DNA of 64,000 nucleotides from Haplodiscus bocki (lineage: Eukaryota): assembly GCA_965655095.1 (NCBI GenBank), contig OZ296649.1, positions 133,672,001-133,736,000 on the forward strand. Reading direction: 5' to 3'. Numbering within the stretch: position 1 is the first letter of the stretch; each line of letters opens with the position of its first letter. Made by a program: the position numbers and the translations under genes. The notes under the pieces were generated by a model that made no database searches, was not told the DNA's origin, and was given only the letters and a program-made list of their open reading frames with translations. Below are positions 13,201 through 25,984 of the stretch, one piece after another.

Positions 13201-14810
13201 ATTCTAAATCTTCACCCCAGGGGCGTTATTGAACAAAACGTTCGTTACGGGCGTTGTTTTTTTTAAAATAAATTCTACAGGACAATTGCCGTAATGTATC
13301 ATATCTACGATTCTTTAAGCTCAAGAATTAATTGGGAAGCATGCTATAGATGGAACACGGTTCTCAGGAGTTTTTCAGTTCAACTTTTCATCTTCCTATG
13401 AGCTTTCCTTGAACATTATTTGTGCAGAAAAAGGAGTCTTCGTCTCTGCTCAGAAACGATACCGCATACCACCTGTTAATCCCGAAAAGTATCAAAAACC
13501 TTTCATGGAGGCAAAAACTGAAATTCAAATTATGCATTTGATCTTTCCCCGAAAATTCGGATCACATAACTTCTAGAGATGTACGATTTTGGGAACTTTT
13601 TCAGGATTTTCGTCAGCAATTGGGTTGGTTGCTTTGTGTGCCCAAACGATTGAGTGCCGGACTACCGATGCATGACGTAGCCTTTATGACATGTTTTGAA
13701 TTCTCACTTGAAAAGAGAAAAACAAGTTGTCTAGGATTGGACCCTCGTACGGTTTTTTTTCAAAAATACGAGTTTCGGGTCTTTGAGTACAGGCTACGGG
13801 TTGCTACGACGGGTTAAAAGTCAACATTTAGTCAACTTCAGAATTTAAAAAATCAATATTTGTTATCAATTCAATCAACAGAGTTCTAAAGTCTACTTTG
13901 TCATATTAACAGCATTTTTTGAACATTCTGACTGAAAGGAAGAATGTAATAGAAAGAGGCTTATGTTAGTTTTTTCACTCCTGTCCAAACTTCGATTTTG
14001 AGACGTTATCAGTCTTTTGGTTTACTGAAAATGGTCGAAAAAGGGCTTTTTTGAGGCATTTGGCAGGTAATTGTTTAATTTTGCTTTCAAAAAAATGGTC
14101 TGAAGAAATTTAACAACCGTCTCCTGAAAACTTCGCATTTCAATGTTTTGAATTTGAGTGTGAAGGGTGAATTGTTCATTTTCGCGTTGTTTACTGTACA
14201 TTTCATTTAAACGAGCTGGGCTGCAAAATGGTATAACCTTTAAACATGATTGACAGATAAATTAACTTTTCGAGTGTTGGACTGTGGCAGGTACTTGCCT
14301 CAATTTGACTGTATCAAAACTTTTGATTGACTGGAGTAGTAATTTTAAAAGTGTCAACCACATCTACGATCATGGTTTCGAGTGTTTTTTGGATCTTTGA
14401 TGACAACTGACAAATCAGAATGTTTTGCGAAGTTCGGCTTCGGCCCTGTTTAACAATTCCGTCCAGTAAACTTGCCCGAAAGCAAATTGCCTAATGGCGA
14501 CTGAATCCACGCTCACCGAGAGCTGTTAATTTCAAACCCAGACTGGATTTTCTATACCACAACGACCATAAAATTTCCCAAGAAGCTCCATCTGATTGCG
14601 AAAGTTTGAGACGGAGCTGTGCACCGCAACACTTGCGCCATAGGAATAATAGTAAAAACATCGACTGAAAATACCTATGTTTGAAAGAGCCACATTTTAC
14701 GAATGTTGTTGATAACAAGTGTACAGAAACTGTTTTTCTAAATTCATATTCAAGCAAGAAATGCTATAATTTCCTCACTTGATAATTTAAATGAAAATAT
14801 TGATTCGCAA

Positions 14811-14880
14811 GCGGCAATGGCAGTCAGTAGAACAATCGACTGCAGCGCGAATGGTCCCAAGTTCAAGCCTACGCCAATCC
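14811..14880 (+). other. tRNA-derived (Cys-like) relic or SINE head
   Basis: A-box-like tggcagtcagtag, anticodon-arm-like tcgactgcagcgcga (GCA), B-box-like agttcaagcc. No acceptor stem can be formed. Confidence 0.35.
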
Positions 14881-16329
14881 CTCATCTCTTTGGACAAAAT
14901 TTAGGAACCTTGCAACTTGGCAACAGATCGAAAAAGAATTCGAAAGCTTGGGATAAAACACTTGCTTGCGCAAGTGTAATAAAGCTATAGGAAGTTCTGA
15001 TAGTTTAATGGTGCGCTCAACCGTACTTCGATCTTGTTCGTCGATTTAATTTTTGAGTTCTTAGTTAATAGTAAGAACGTGCACATAAGTAAACCTGATT
15101 GGCTACCGACAGCCTTTAATGCATGCAAAAACGGCCTGACGTGAGGCTGCACGGGTCAAAGGGTTGGCCTGGGGCTACAGGTCGGGTCAATGTACGGGTT
15201 CGAACCTACATTGACTTTTTTGTTTTCTTGCGCCATCGGATGATCGCACTGCGGTAGTTCTAGTGCGCATAGGTTTATCAAAACGCTTTGGATTGACACG
15301 CTTGTGGTAGCCGCAAAATCTCTTCCCAACTGCAGCATCGTCGGAATTAGTTCCCATTTTGCTTTCCTTGTTTTGAATGTTACGGTTTCCCATATGGAGT
15401 AAATGGTGTGTCGATTGGTCTGAGTGAAAAGGTAAGGACACCCCATGCGTTTTTTAGTCGGTGCTTCAATGTTGAAAGTGCTCGGCAATTATAGTTGATA
15501 CTTTGTTTTACCATGTAGTCGAAGAAAATGAAGACTGGTTATCTATTCTCTCAAAAGAACAGCGGTTTTAAACAAAAGGTCAAATTCCAAAACCATTAAG
15601 TGCAAGCAGTAGAGCAAAACTTGCGAATTTTGATAACACCAAACAGTCTGCTTGCTGTTTTGAACATTTCGAAAAATTTCCAAAATTTGTGGCACCTGCC
15701 CAGTGGTACACAAAACATGTTCGAAAGCCACAATTCTACAACAAACATTAGTGTGCCCCCTGCACTTTTTGTGAACAATTTTGCTTTTTGCGACCAAAAC
15801 GAGTGAAATTTTTCTTTTCATAGTGAATTTTTGAGGTAAAACCAAAAATTTTTATGACATCATGACCACATTCAAGTATATTGAGCCTTATGGGCGGCAG
15901 AGACTGTTCCCAGTTTGGTGCACCTAAAGACTTGCGGTGTTCTACTTTTCAGGTCTGAAATAAAAATTTTCGGAGCTGGCGTCTCGATTTGAAGCGCGAG
16001 TATTCGAATTGCATTTTGCGCGATCCTGGTTGAGCTTTTCAGCACAACTTTTCCCTTTTCTGAGTAAGTAATTGTCGGAAATACGTCGTGAGAAAAAAGG
16101 TTTGTTGGACTAGAAAAGGTCACTTTTTCGTGAGTTTGAAAGAGAATTTTCAAGCAGCATCGAATATCCCGCTACTCTGAAAAATAAATAAAATCATTTA
16201 TCAAAAATGAAAAAGACAATCAGTTTTACATTCTCTTACCAACACGATCATCTTTACCCGTTTGATAATCACAAGAATAGTTAGTAAAATTACATAGACT
16301 GTCTATTCCCAATCTAGATCTGGGGTTCC

Positions 16330-17782
16330 CTAGAAAAATCAAGGATATTGCGAAGTTTGAAATGAGATATCCAGGTGTTAATATAAACAGACTCCAGTTA
16401 ACAGATGATGCCTCAGCCCAGGTGTATATAAAAAGGAGTTATACTGAACATCAGAATGACGTAATTTTATACGTTAATCATTATTGTTTGATAAAAGAGT
16501 CGCAAATTCGAACAGCGAAAAATGGTCATTGGATGGCAATATTATACCTAGAAGAAACCCAACAACTTTTAGTTCTCAGGATATGTTTTTTGCGATCATT
16601 CAGAAAGAACTGTAAGACATGGAATTTAAAAATAATAGGCAATTACAGAACAATATTATGTTTGAAGATTATTTTACGAGTCAGGGGATGTCCTGTCCGA
16701 AATGCTGAATTAATGTCTAAATTATCCCTGAGAGAGCAAGAGATGTTCGAACAGGTTCCAGTTGCAGTTGAATATTACTTGATAACACGAGATAACTCTA
16801 TTATACTTATTTTGGTGACGACCTCTCTCCCGGACGACCTCTCTCCGGTTTGCCAAACATATGCTGGAGTTACAAAGACCAGCTAGTAATCATTTGATGC
16901 ATACAACACTTCTATTACTAGAGATGAAAACTAGTTCGGCGATGAAAACTAGTTATGTGGGGTAAAAGAAAAGATAAACACAGAAGTCAAGGCAAGACAT
17001 CGTCACGATCAAACAGCAAAGTACAGAGGACCTGCGCCAAGTAATTGCAATCTGAATTTTGAACCAAAATACCTTCTGCTAATCTTTTCTCATAGTTACT
17101 CTGGTTATGATTGTGATCCTATTTTGCAGGAACTTCTAACATGCGCGTATATAGCGTATTGCAAAACTCTTACATCCTTTAATTTATGGGAAACTATGCC
17201 TCTGAGGAGACAGGATACCTAAGAATCAAGGATAAGATAGTTTAATTCCGTCTCCCCAGAGTACGTTGTTCAAAATCTTGGATGGATAAAAACGGCGTCC
17301 AGAGTCTGATGCTCGAGAATATTATCGCTTATCGTTATGGAAAATATAATCTCGAGAACAACGTAACCGGTTTACAGATGATTCAACAATAATTCAGGGA
17401 TGTCGAGATGACGAAGGTATACAGAACACATATGATATAATAAAGTATAATTTTCAAATTAGTAGGGAGTTAACACAACTGTAGCATAAAATGGAGACTT
17501 CAACTACTATTTTTATTTGAGTGCTTTGTATAGAACCCGATAAGGGATTCTGGTAGTAAACCGTTTTATGCTAAAGTGGAACTGGAACGGGTATACATGG
17601 AAAGCGGGTCTTAAAGTTACACAAGTATTTTTGGATTTTATGAAAGATACACACCTGTGATTTCAGTTAGAAAAACAGAGAAGGTGAAATCTCTAGTGTT
17701 ATGGGTTACAGACAGAGTACAGAAGAAACAAAATTGAATTCGATTGATGCAAAACAACATGTATTGTTCGACTATGAGACAA
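16330..17782 (+). pseudogene. polB: Polinton/Maverick-type protein-primed family B DNA polymerase, 5' part
   Basis: Hand translation gives motifs in the expected order: LYVNHYCLIK; VKARHRHDQTAKYRGPAPSNCNLNF (EndoVII-like, cf. VRDHCHxTGKYRGAAHxxCNL); IFSHSYSGYDCDPILQEL (Exo, cf. HNxxGYD); GYTWKAGLK; GEISSVMG; frameshifted IDANNMYCSTMRQ (motif A, cf. DANNLYGWAMSQ). Confidence 0.85.
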
Positions 17783-18360
17783 TTTTCCCCGTGCGAAAAA
17801 CACTGATTTCCCGAACTTCATAACAAAGAGGAGGATGAATTTGACAGCTGACTCTATGAGATAACAAGCCGGCCTGCAACCAACAGCTTATTTTGCACCT
17901 TCCCATTTCTCTAAAGAAGGCTTTAAAAAGAGAAAGACGTTTTTTCTCGGAAAACACTCCTTCATCATATTTTCAAATTTTTCCAACCCTGAAAACTTTC
18001 TGATTTTTTACCAAAAAACCTCATAAATAGGGCGAAGATATTTTGAAAAAATCATACCATTTGACCCGCATTCTACAGCAAATTTGCCACTTTCACCGAT
18101 TTCAAAAAAATTCAAGTTTTGTTTTGACAAAACCCATCTACTTTTTTACAAAAAAAACCCAAATTTTGAACGTTTCAAGAAATCTTACTATTTCAGTCGC
18201 ATTCTATGACAAATTTGCTACAATTTGCTGAAAAAATTTCACGATCAGAAACGTGAACGGACATCCTGAACGCAATTGGCAAACATCGCGTAAAAAGACG
18301 CACCATTTGAGTGGAAGATTTTGCTTCCATATTTTGTAAATAGGGCGCAAAATAATACAC
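17783..18360. repeat. non-coding interspersed repeat inserted in polB
   Basis: polB similarity ends abruptly. Internal sub-repeat cgcattcta...caaatttgc at ~18068 and ~18198. Imperfect inverted ends ttattttgcacc (~17888) and ggcgcaaaataa (~18344). Confidence 0.45.
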
Positions 18361-18464
18361 ACGAGATAACAGTGAAAATGCATAGTTTATTCAACGTGAC
18401 CTCTATTACCCTCTTCATATAGAAAAACAGACAAATTTGGTTTTTGTTCAGAGATTAAGATAGT

Positions 18465-20765
18465 TCATCATGTTCGTCTCCATTCACATGCCACATGTCA
18501 ATGTCAGAGTTGATTGCCACTTTTCTGGTAGTCGCATGGCTTCAAGAGTAGCTCGGATCAGCTTGTCCATGGTGAGTTCACTTATTCGAACAATATGTTC
18601 CATTGTTTGAACCTCCCCACATGCACATTTTTCGCCTGTTCATGCTCCCCACATTTTGAGCGTAGCCTTGCTTCTGCCTTTTAGATATTTCATTCTGTTC
18701 GGTGTTCTCCATGTGCATCAGTCCAGGGTGCCTCCAGGTGGCAAAGTTTTGCGATGGTTCGTGCAGTGGAAGTTTTTCCTATTTTGGAGGCGCCAAAAGC
18801 GGTCTTTGTATTTCTCTGGTGACCTTGTTGATGAAGCTGAATCTCGACTTAAGCCTCCGGTCCGATGGAAGCGCGCCGTACAACGGATGTCGCAGGTCGG
18901 TCGACTGCTTATGCTTCCCGGTCATCAGATGACATTTCCTCCGTATCAGGGGCAGAGCTATTCCACTGAGATTAGATAATTGGTTGATGGGGGTGTTTTA
19001 CATACAACCTGTTATCTTGCGACACGTTTCATTGAGGGCAACATCGATAAGCTTCGAGTGCGTACTATCAAGCCATACTGGACACGCATATTTGGCCACT
19101 GAGTAACACAGTAACACATTGCCGATGAAGTGCTTCTCATCACGTGGGGGCTAGCTCCCCACCTCAAATTTGCCAGCTTTGATAGCAAGTTATTTCTAGA
19201 TTGTATCTTAACAGCAAAGTTCTGGCAGTGTTGCTTGATACTTAATATTCGGTCCAATGTCACATCAACATATTTCGTTCCAGCGTCATGTTCGGTTTTA
19301 ACGTCGTTCCAGCGAAGTTCTAGGGTCTGCGTTGCTTTGCGGTTGTTCAAGTTGAACATGCAACTGATTGTTTTCCCGGGGTTCGCTTTCAGTCTTTTCG
19401 CATTGTAGTAATCACTGAGCTCCGACAGATACTTCGTCAAATTTTCCTCCAGTTCAATTTTTTTCTATTTTGAGCGAGAGTGGCATGGTCGTCAGAGTAG
19501 ATGAAACTTCTGGTATTTTTTGACAAAGGCTGGTCATTATTATAACCGTTGAAGAGTAAAGGCGCCAGTACGCCTCCTTTGGGAAGACCGTTTTTCACTT
19601 TTTTCGATTTGTTTTTGCGTGGACCTATTTGCACAAAAAAACGTCGGCTGAACAATTCTGCTATCAAGTTGGTGAGATGACAATCTTGCGTCAATCTGAA
19701 CAGCTTGTGGATCATTATTTTCTTGTTCACGGTATCATATGCTGCAGTGAGATGAACAAACACTGCTCCTGTCAACAGTTCATTTTCGTATCCATCCTCG
19801 ATGTGCTGGCACATGCTCAAAATTTGTCCTGTGGAGTGCTTTCGTGGTCTGAAAGCAGCTTGCTCTGGTATCATCACAGGGTCAATGAGTTCCACCATTC
19901 TCTTGTAAATCATTTGCTCAAACAGTTTCAGCCCATGAGACAGTAAAGAGATGGGGCGGCAGTTCTCCGGTTTTCCTGGGTCTTTCATGGGCTTGAAGAG
20001 GGCGAATATTTTTGCTTGATGCCACAGTTTAAGTACTTGGCACCGTTCAAAGTACTTGCAGTAAAACTGTAGCACCCAGTTCCGGACAACAGGTCCGAAA
20101 TGAATAAACTGTTCATTGAAAAGTCCGTCTATTCAACATGCTTCCCCATTTTCCAGTTCTTTTAGCATTTCTTCAAGTTCGCTGAGCTCGAAGGGTCGGC
20201 AAACAACACTCACGTTATAACTGGTGTACCTCGGTTGCCGTATTTTTTTACCCTTAAACTTCTCATTGGCAACGAGACAACTTGCAACCTGATTTGGACT
20301 GACTTTAGTTTGTCCTCTGTCCACAGCCGGGTGGCAGTTGAGTCGACTGATTTTTTCCAGGCCATGCTCGAGTTATGCTTTATGTCAATGGACTCTACCA
20401 TTTCCACCCATTGCTGTTGTCTGGATGATCCTATCGATTGCAGTAGTTCGTGGCCAAGCTCGACTATCTTTTCAGAAAACGGGTCCAGGTTGTACTCTCG
20501 ATTGCGTTCAGGAGGTCTTTGGCGGAGTCATCGAGTCCAAGGATGTCTTTCGTTCGGCATCCTTGGCGAATGTTTCTGTTCGATGCCCTGTGAACGCACT
20601 CTATAAAATTCTGATAGTTTTCAACAACAGGATCCAAGGTGAGGTACGATTCGAGGTCTTTGCTGAAGGAGTCCCAGTTGCTCTTTCGAAAGTTGTATTT
20701 AATCAAGATAGTTAATCCTTCGCTATTAGACGAATGCTGAAAGGCTATACGAGCGGTATGCACCA
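18465..20765 (-). mobile_element. 5'-truncated non-LTR retrotransposon, Ingi/Vingi-like, decayed
   Basis: RT motifs RPISLLS, HLTAAYDTV, GLPKGGVLAPLLFN, YSDD; then RNNLLSKLANLRWGA...MCY; C-terminal zinc-finger-like KCACGEVQTMEHIV (~18590-18635). No RNase H seen. The clade call is an inference. Confidence 0.88.
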
Positions 20766-20769
20766 CAAA

Positions 20770-21860
20770 CAAAACCTATCTGTGATCAGAAAAATAATAG
20801 TGAAGACATGCTCCACTATGAACGGTTGGAAAATTAAAACCACGATGATAAGGTTAAAGATTCCTCCTAATTTTCAGGTTGAAGCAGTCAACCTGGTCAC
20901 ACAAGCACATAAATCCTGCGAGAGATGCCAACAAAAAACAAATAGTTTCGGAAAGATTCCCAAAACTTAGGAATGTATGAATTTTTGGAGGATAATGGAG
21001 ATTGTGACAAATCGAGTCAATCCAGACTCCATCTCACATAAAGAAACTCCTGCTCTTCTGAAAACGAAGCAACCTTCTGATAGAATAACCAATCATAATT
21101 CTATCTTTAATGCAAACTCGAACAAAAAAAATTGTTTTCGATAAGCCAGTGTACCTTGGTTACACTTTCAGAATTATTTAGGATATTGAAACATGAATTT
21201 TATTATTAAGTATCAGCCATTTTGGAATGATATTTTGATCACATACTTCATGGATACTGATTAATTTATTTCTAGTACAAAAACTAAAGATCTGGAGAAA
21301 GACCTAGAATATGAAAGACGACTTTGATTTCAATCAAATAGTACGACTCAATCCTTAGTTGGTCCGGAGAATTTAATAAGTCATTGGTCAAATGAAAAGA
21401 GACACTAGCTGAAAAACAGGCTGGTGAATTTAAAGAATTGGACATCAAAGTCTTGACCTTTAACATACAGTGATAACGGAGAAACAAGTCAACAAAATGA
21501 AGACTGAAATCTCTGGGGACAATGTTATTAGGTCCCACTCAATAGAATCATAATCAGAACTTCAGACAACTTTTCTCCTCAAACCGAGAAACTAAATTAA
21601 TTGCCCGGAAACAATCAATTAGCACCTAATTCTTCTGATGATAACCCTTTATACTTGAAAAATAAGAAATCATTACCGTGGGATAAACACAGAGCAGAGG
21701 AATTTTATTGTTCATATATTTTGGGTCCAAAGTTTTTTGTTGTTTATCGTGAAGATATCGTAAAGAGGATATAGTAGTTTTCAGAGAGCAAAAGGCACAT
21801 TCAACTCATTAGGATCAAAAGGGATTATTTGAGAAAGCATTATAATTGATCAAACCACCA
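20770..21860 (+). pseudogene. polB: Polinton-type PolB, 3' part (resumes after nested insertions)
   Basis: PICDQKN..MLHY; FRLKQSTW; IMEIVTNRVN (motif-B region); KPVYLGY; YFMDTD*F at ~21244-21267 (motif C, YxDTDS); NQLAPNSSDDNPLY...SLPWDKH (cf. KxALxxxDDKR). Confidence 0.82.
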
Positions 21861-21874
21861 AGCTCTTTGATAAA

Positions 21875-23200
21875 AATAGATCACTCTGAAGCTGACCAAT
21901 CAGAACTCATACCAAAAACTACTGGGCAGTACCTGAGCAAAAGCAGTTTCTCCATCAATGTCGACATTTCCCGCTGAAGTTGAATTTTTCTAAGTGGTTG
22001 AGCTGCTGTATGTTCGTTATGCTTGGTTTTATCAAAAACAAAAGAGTGTATTCAGTCCTGAACGATTTCAGTTTTATTGCTTCAATACTTTTTTGCTATA
22101 AACGATGAATTCTCCATTTTAAATTACCTTCCATGATAGTTATCCCTGCACTAATCACAATGAATTTGATTATCTGCTTAGGATTCTGAACCTATCTTAC
22201 AATCAGAAGTATTAGGCAGTTGATCGCAATTAGAATTATAATATGTGCTAGACTATCATAACTATTCTTATCCATAATGATATGATCATCCAAGATGAAA
22301 CACTCGTAAGAATCTTTGTTTACATCAAATGTCCAGCTGCCGTTTGCGGTTACCTCTTTTCTAAAAACACATGTCTCTCTCTGTAGGAGTTTTATTGGTG
22401 ATTATTCCAAAAGTTGATCACCAAAGAGTTGTGAACTGTACAAAGTTTGAAAAGTTCTACATTCCAAGATAGTTGTTCGATAATTTTCGCGACATCAACG
22501 ACGGTCCTTATAATTGGTTTAGTATTAGTCTTTCCAAGCTCAAAATGTATCCCAATCCACAGTAAGTTCTTCTTGATCAGCAAATTCAAACATTAGTCTG
22601 TTCATCGATGCAATGTCCCTTTCTCTGTGATTCGTGAGTTCTTGCCTCCTGGTTAGCGAAGCACTGGTTTCACTTTGACTTATTATTATTTGATACAGAA
22701 TGATGTATGCGAGGTTGTACGTTCTCAAGGAGTTTCACTGATTATTTTGTTAACTTTGCTTTAGTCAACTGGTATGCCTGAACGAGCTATACAAGAAATG
22801 AAGAATCACCTTAACTCGTGAAGCGAAAAATTTGTTCACGCGCTATTCCGGCACACTTGCACCTTAATAGCGTGCCGGAATGGAGAAGAGAAAAAACAAT
22901 ATGTTTTGCACATTGTGATCGGCAAGAATGATTTCACGTTGACTAAAACAGTTACTATATTGTTTGTTCATGAACGCGGAAATTCTGTTCACGCTTCTCG
23001 CGGCTACGCCGCTCGAAGCGTGCCAGAATTTCCTCGTTCATGAACAAACAATATAGTAACTATTACTTACTGAATAAACTAACCAAACACTCGCCAAAGC
23101 AATCTTGTTAATTTCAAAGCTAGTAGGCTTGTATCTGATAAAATTTGATTTATAGATGTAAATAAAAAATTTTTCCTGGAAAATTATCTTTTATATATGA
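21875..23200 (-). pseudogene. Polinton-like major capsid (double jelly-roll) gene relic, convergent with polB
   Basis: Fragments in order: IYKSNFIRYKPTS; LMFEFADQEELT; IIRTVVDVAKIIEQLSW; RHVFFRKEVTANGSWTFD; CKIGSE; FNFSGNVDIDGETAFAQVL. These resemble Polinton MCP from memory, and the position next to pPolB supports the call. Confidence 0.6.
22950..23061. repeat. 112-bp near-perfect palindrome (hairpin) at the end of a ~270-bp insertion
   Basis: agttactatattgtttgttcatgaacg ... gcggc-tac-gccgc ... cgttcatgaacaaacaatatagtaact. The outer 27 bp are perfect and the loop is 3 nt. Confidence 0.95.
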
Positions 23201-23299
23201 AAATATTATTTCCACTTCAATATTGATAGAGAAGTTAAACTTCAAGACTCAAAAGGTTTTTCACACTCATTGTCGTCTTGCTCTTTGTATTTGTGTTGG

Positions 23300-24760
23300 A
23301 TGAGACTTCTTTGGTAATTAAAGCAGGCATCAATGATCCTCCTATACTCATTTTGATCTATTTCTTATCTTTAAGTCTTCACAAACATCTTCCTGATCTC
23401 ATGCTGAGTGATATCGGCGAAGTTGTATCCTTTGGTATAGCATCCATTTCCTTTTAAAAAATTGAAAGTGTTTTAACAGCAAAGGCCACACTTCAACCAA
23501 ACACATCTGCCACTTCAGCAAGACATATGGCGGCTATCATTTTAGTTACAGATGTAATTGTTGGTGCTATGATAAAAATGCGACCAGTTGTATCCAGAAG
23601 TCTCGATTTTTTGTGTTTTTCTATTTTCCAACTTCTTCATAATATCTTGCAAGTGGAATCATGATAGTTGTTATTGCAACTATTACCAGCTTTTGGTTTT
23701 ATGCATTATTTCAACTTTTGTTGAGTTATTCATAGGTGGGTGAGAGGAAAAAATTTTCCAGAGTTGTCCATTTTTTACTCAAAATAAAATTACATCTTCG
23801 CTTCATCATTTGTAATTTTCATTAAACCAAATCTTTAATTATCATCCTTTAATGCTTTCAATTTATTCTCTTTTGTGGGGTAATTCAAGTAATATCGATA
23901 GTACTTACCAACCACATCGATAGTACTCACCAACAGAAGCTCTAAGTATTCGGTATTTCTGAAAAAGATATTCGTCAGTGAATATTGAATATTTCTGAGA
24001 TCTGATCCTTACTTATGAAAATTAATAAATCGCTTCTTGTAACGAAATTTCTGAAGTATCACTCACTTTTATATTTCTTCAGTTTTAGTAGTTCTTCTGT
24101 ATAAGAATAATAATGTGTGAAGCCTTGCTAGAATGTGAGGTGTTTTGCAGGGCGAGTTGTAGTACTAAATAAATAATTTTTCGTGATTGTGTTCAAAAAA
24201 TTACGAGTTCTTTTACTTGATCTAGTGTTTTATTCTTGGAAAGTTGTTCAAGGCAAGTACGTTTAATAGAAAGATCGGTTTGTTGTTTATTCCCATCAAT
24301 CGATAAATTACCAATAACTGAAACGTCTCGACTTCGCCGAAAAAACTTTTCTGAATTATCAAGATGAGATGACAAGCGTTACACTTCGATTTCAGGTCTT
24401 TTCTTCATCAGGCAACTCTTCATTTTCTATAATCTCTGAAACCTTTTAATCTGTGATCATTGCTGATGTCTTATGGTAGTCATGTTCTTTTTAACTCCGG
24501 TGACTTATTACCTAACTTCTTTATCGCCAAATTTGATGAAGTTGAATATTTATAAGCGTCAAATAAAAAAATTTTTCTCTTACGGTTCCTCCAAACCGCT
24601 GATTGCTATTTTCGCTGGAACTTTTCCCAGTTTCGGGTTTTAAAAATCCGATCTCGTTTAGTGTCTTGTGTATCCGGTTTATATCTGGTTTAATATTAGT
24701 TGAGTCACTGGCGGGTTTGATAAGTACATTATTCCACAGTTTTTTTCTTGTCATAATTAT
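23300..24760 (-). pseudogene. decayed accessory ORFs, probably of the same Polinton-like element
   Basis: Lys/Ile/Asn-rich broken frames on the same strand as the capsid relic, including a hydrophobic hairpin followed by IDQNEYRRIIDACFNY. Confidence 0.4.
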
Positions 24761-25013
24761 GTTTCTAATCTTTCAGATAATAAAGATTTAGCAATTCCCC
24801 ATACAAAACATTACCTTGTTTGAGGAAAAATATGTTTAAACAGTAACACGCGCACAAACTATCTTTTGTTTGAATATTGCGTTCACAACTTGTACGGTTT
24901 GCATAATGATAGTTAGCTTAGTGAATGAGTTTGTTTGTTGTGGAGTACATCTGTATAAGTCAAAATATTACTGGTCTATTCAGGAAACCCAATGTGGTCC
25001 GTTGTTAGCAGTA

Positions 25014-25814
25014 CAAAAGTGTCAGAAAAGAAAGGAACCTTTATATGTGAAATAGTAATGGAACGCTACATATACTTGCGTAATACTCAAAAACAACTGA
25101 GAATCACAAATTAAGTTCGAAACAAAAGTTTCTCAGAATTTTATCTAGTTTACAATGGTGTTCGTTTGAAACTTCTAGGATCATTATTATAGGAGTTAGA
25201 GATTTAGCATCTCTATGTATTCAGATAGGAGGTTAATTTTGCGTCACAACTTTTGATGTTTTAAGTACCTTCTACCCCTTTTTTGTTTACATTTCATATA
25301 CTTTCAAAATGCCCCTCATCCACTGATTACACTCAGAAGTTGGCAGCTCCCCATTGTTTAGACTATCAAAATGGCGAGACATTCTCTAAGAAATGACACT
25401 CTTTACAACGTATTAACATTGGGATGACCACGTTTTCTTAAGAGATGTCTCGCCATTTTCATGGTGTAAACACTGGGGAGCTGCCAACTTCTGAGTGTAA
25501 TCAGTGGATGAGGGGCATCTTGAAAGTATATGAAATGTAAACAAAAACGGAGTAGAAGGTACTTAAAACATCGAAAGTTGTGACACAAAATCAACCTCCT
25601 ATCTTATTACATAGAGGTGCAAAATCTCCTAACTTCTATAATATTGATCCTAGAAGTTTCAAACAAACACCATTGTGAACTAGATAAAATTCTAAGAAAC
25701 TTTTGTTTCGAACTTAATTTGTGATCTTCAGTTGTTTTTCAGTATTACGCAAGTATATGTAGCGTTCCATTACTATTTCACATATAAAGGTTCCTATCTT
25801 TTCTGACATTACTG
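25014..25814. mobile_element. foldback / long-TIR non-autonomous DNA transposon, Tc1/mariner-like ends
   Basis: ~380-bp inverted arms (about 25014-25395 and 25433-25814, roughly 90% identical by eye) with a ~40-bp spacer. Flanked by TA at 25012-13 and 25815-16. The right terminus reads CAGTAATGTCAGAA on the minus strand. Confidence 0.9.
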
Positions 25815-25984
25815 TAGACGATTAACTATTGCTGAAAAGCGTCAGAAGTTGTCGTCACTTATTCAAAATCCCAAACGGGATCTCTACTTTGAGGCCTTCT
25901 TGTATGTTTATACCACTTGTAGATTCAAGATTCAGGTGGTATTTCACGAAATTCTGCTGAGAATGAGCTTACTCGAGTACGGAT

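Noticed and set aside
10300-14700. Several 60-120-aa ORFs with TTG/GTG starts
   Set aside because: Phe/Lys-rich translations typical of AT-rich non-coding or decayed repeat DNA, with no motifs.
14811-14880. Functional tRNA genes here and at 48752-48830
   Set aside because: Only box-like motifs are present and acceptor stems do not pair, so they are listed as relics only.
15156-15488. Kelch-like phrase KWELIPTMLQLGRDFAATTSV
   Set aside because: Single weak motif with no GG doublet, no further repeats and no clear splice sites.
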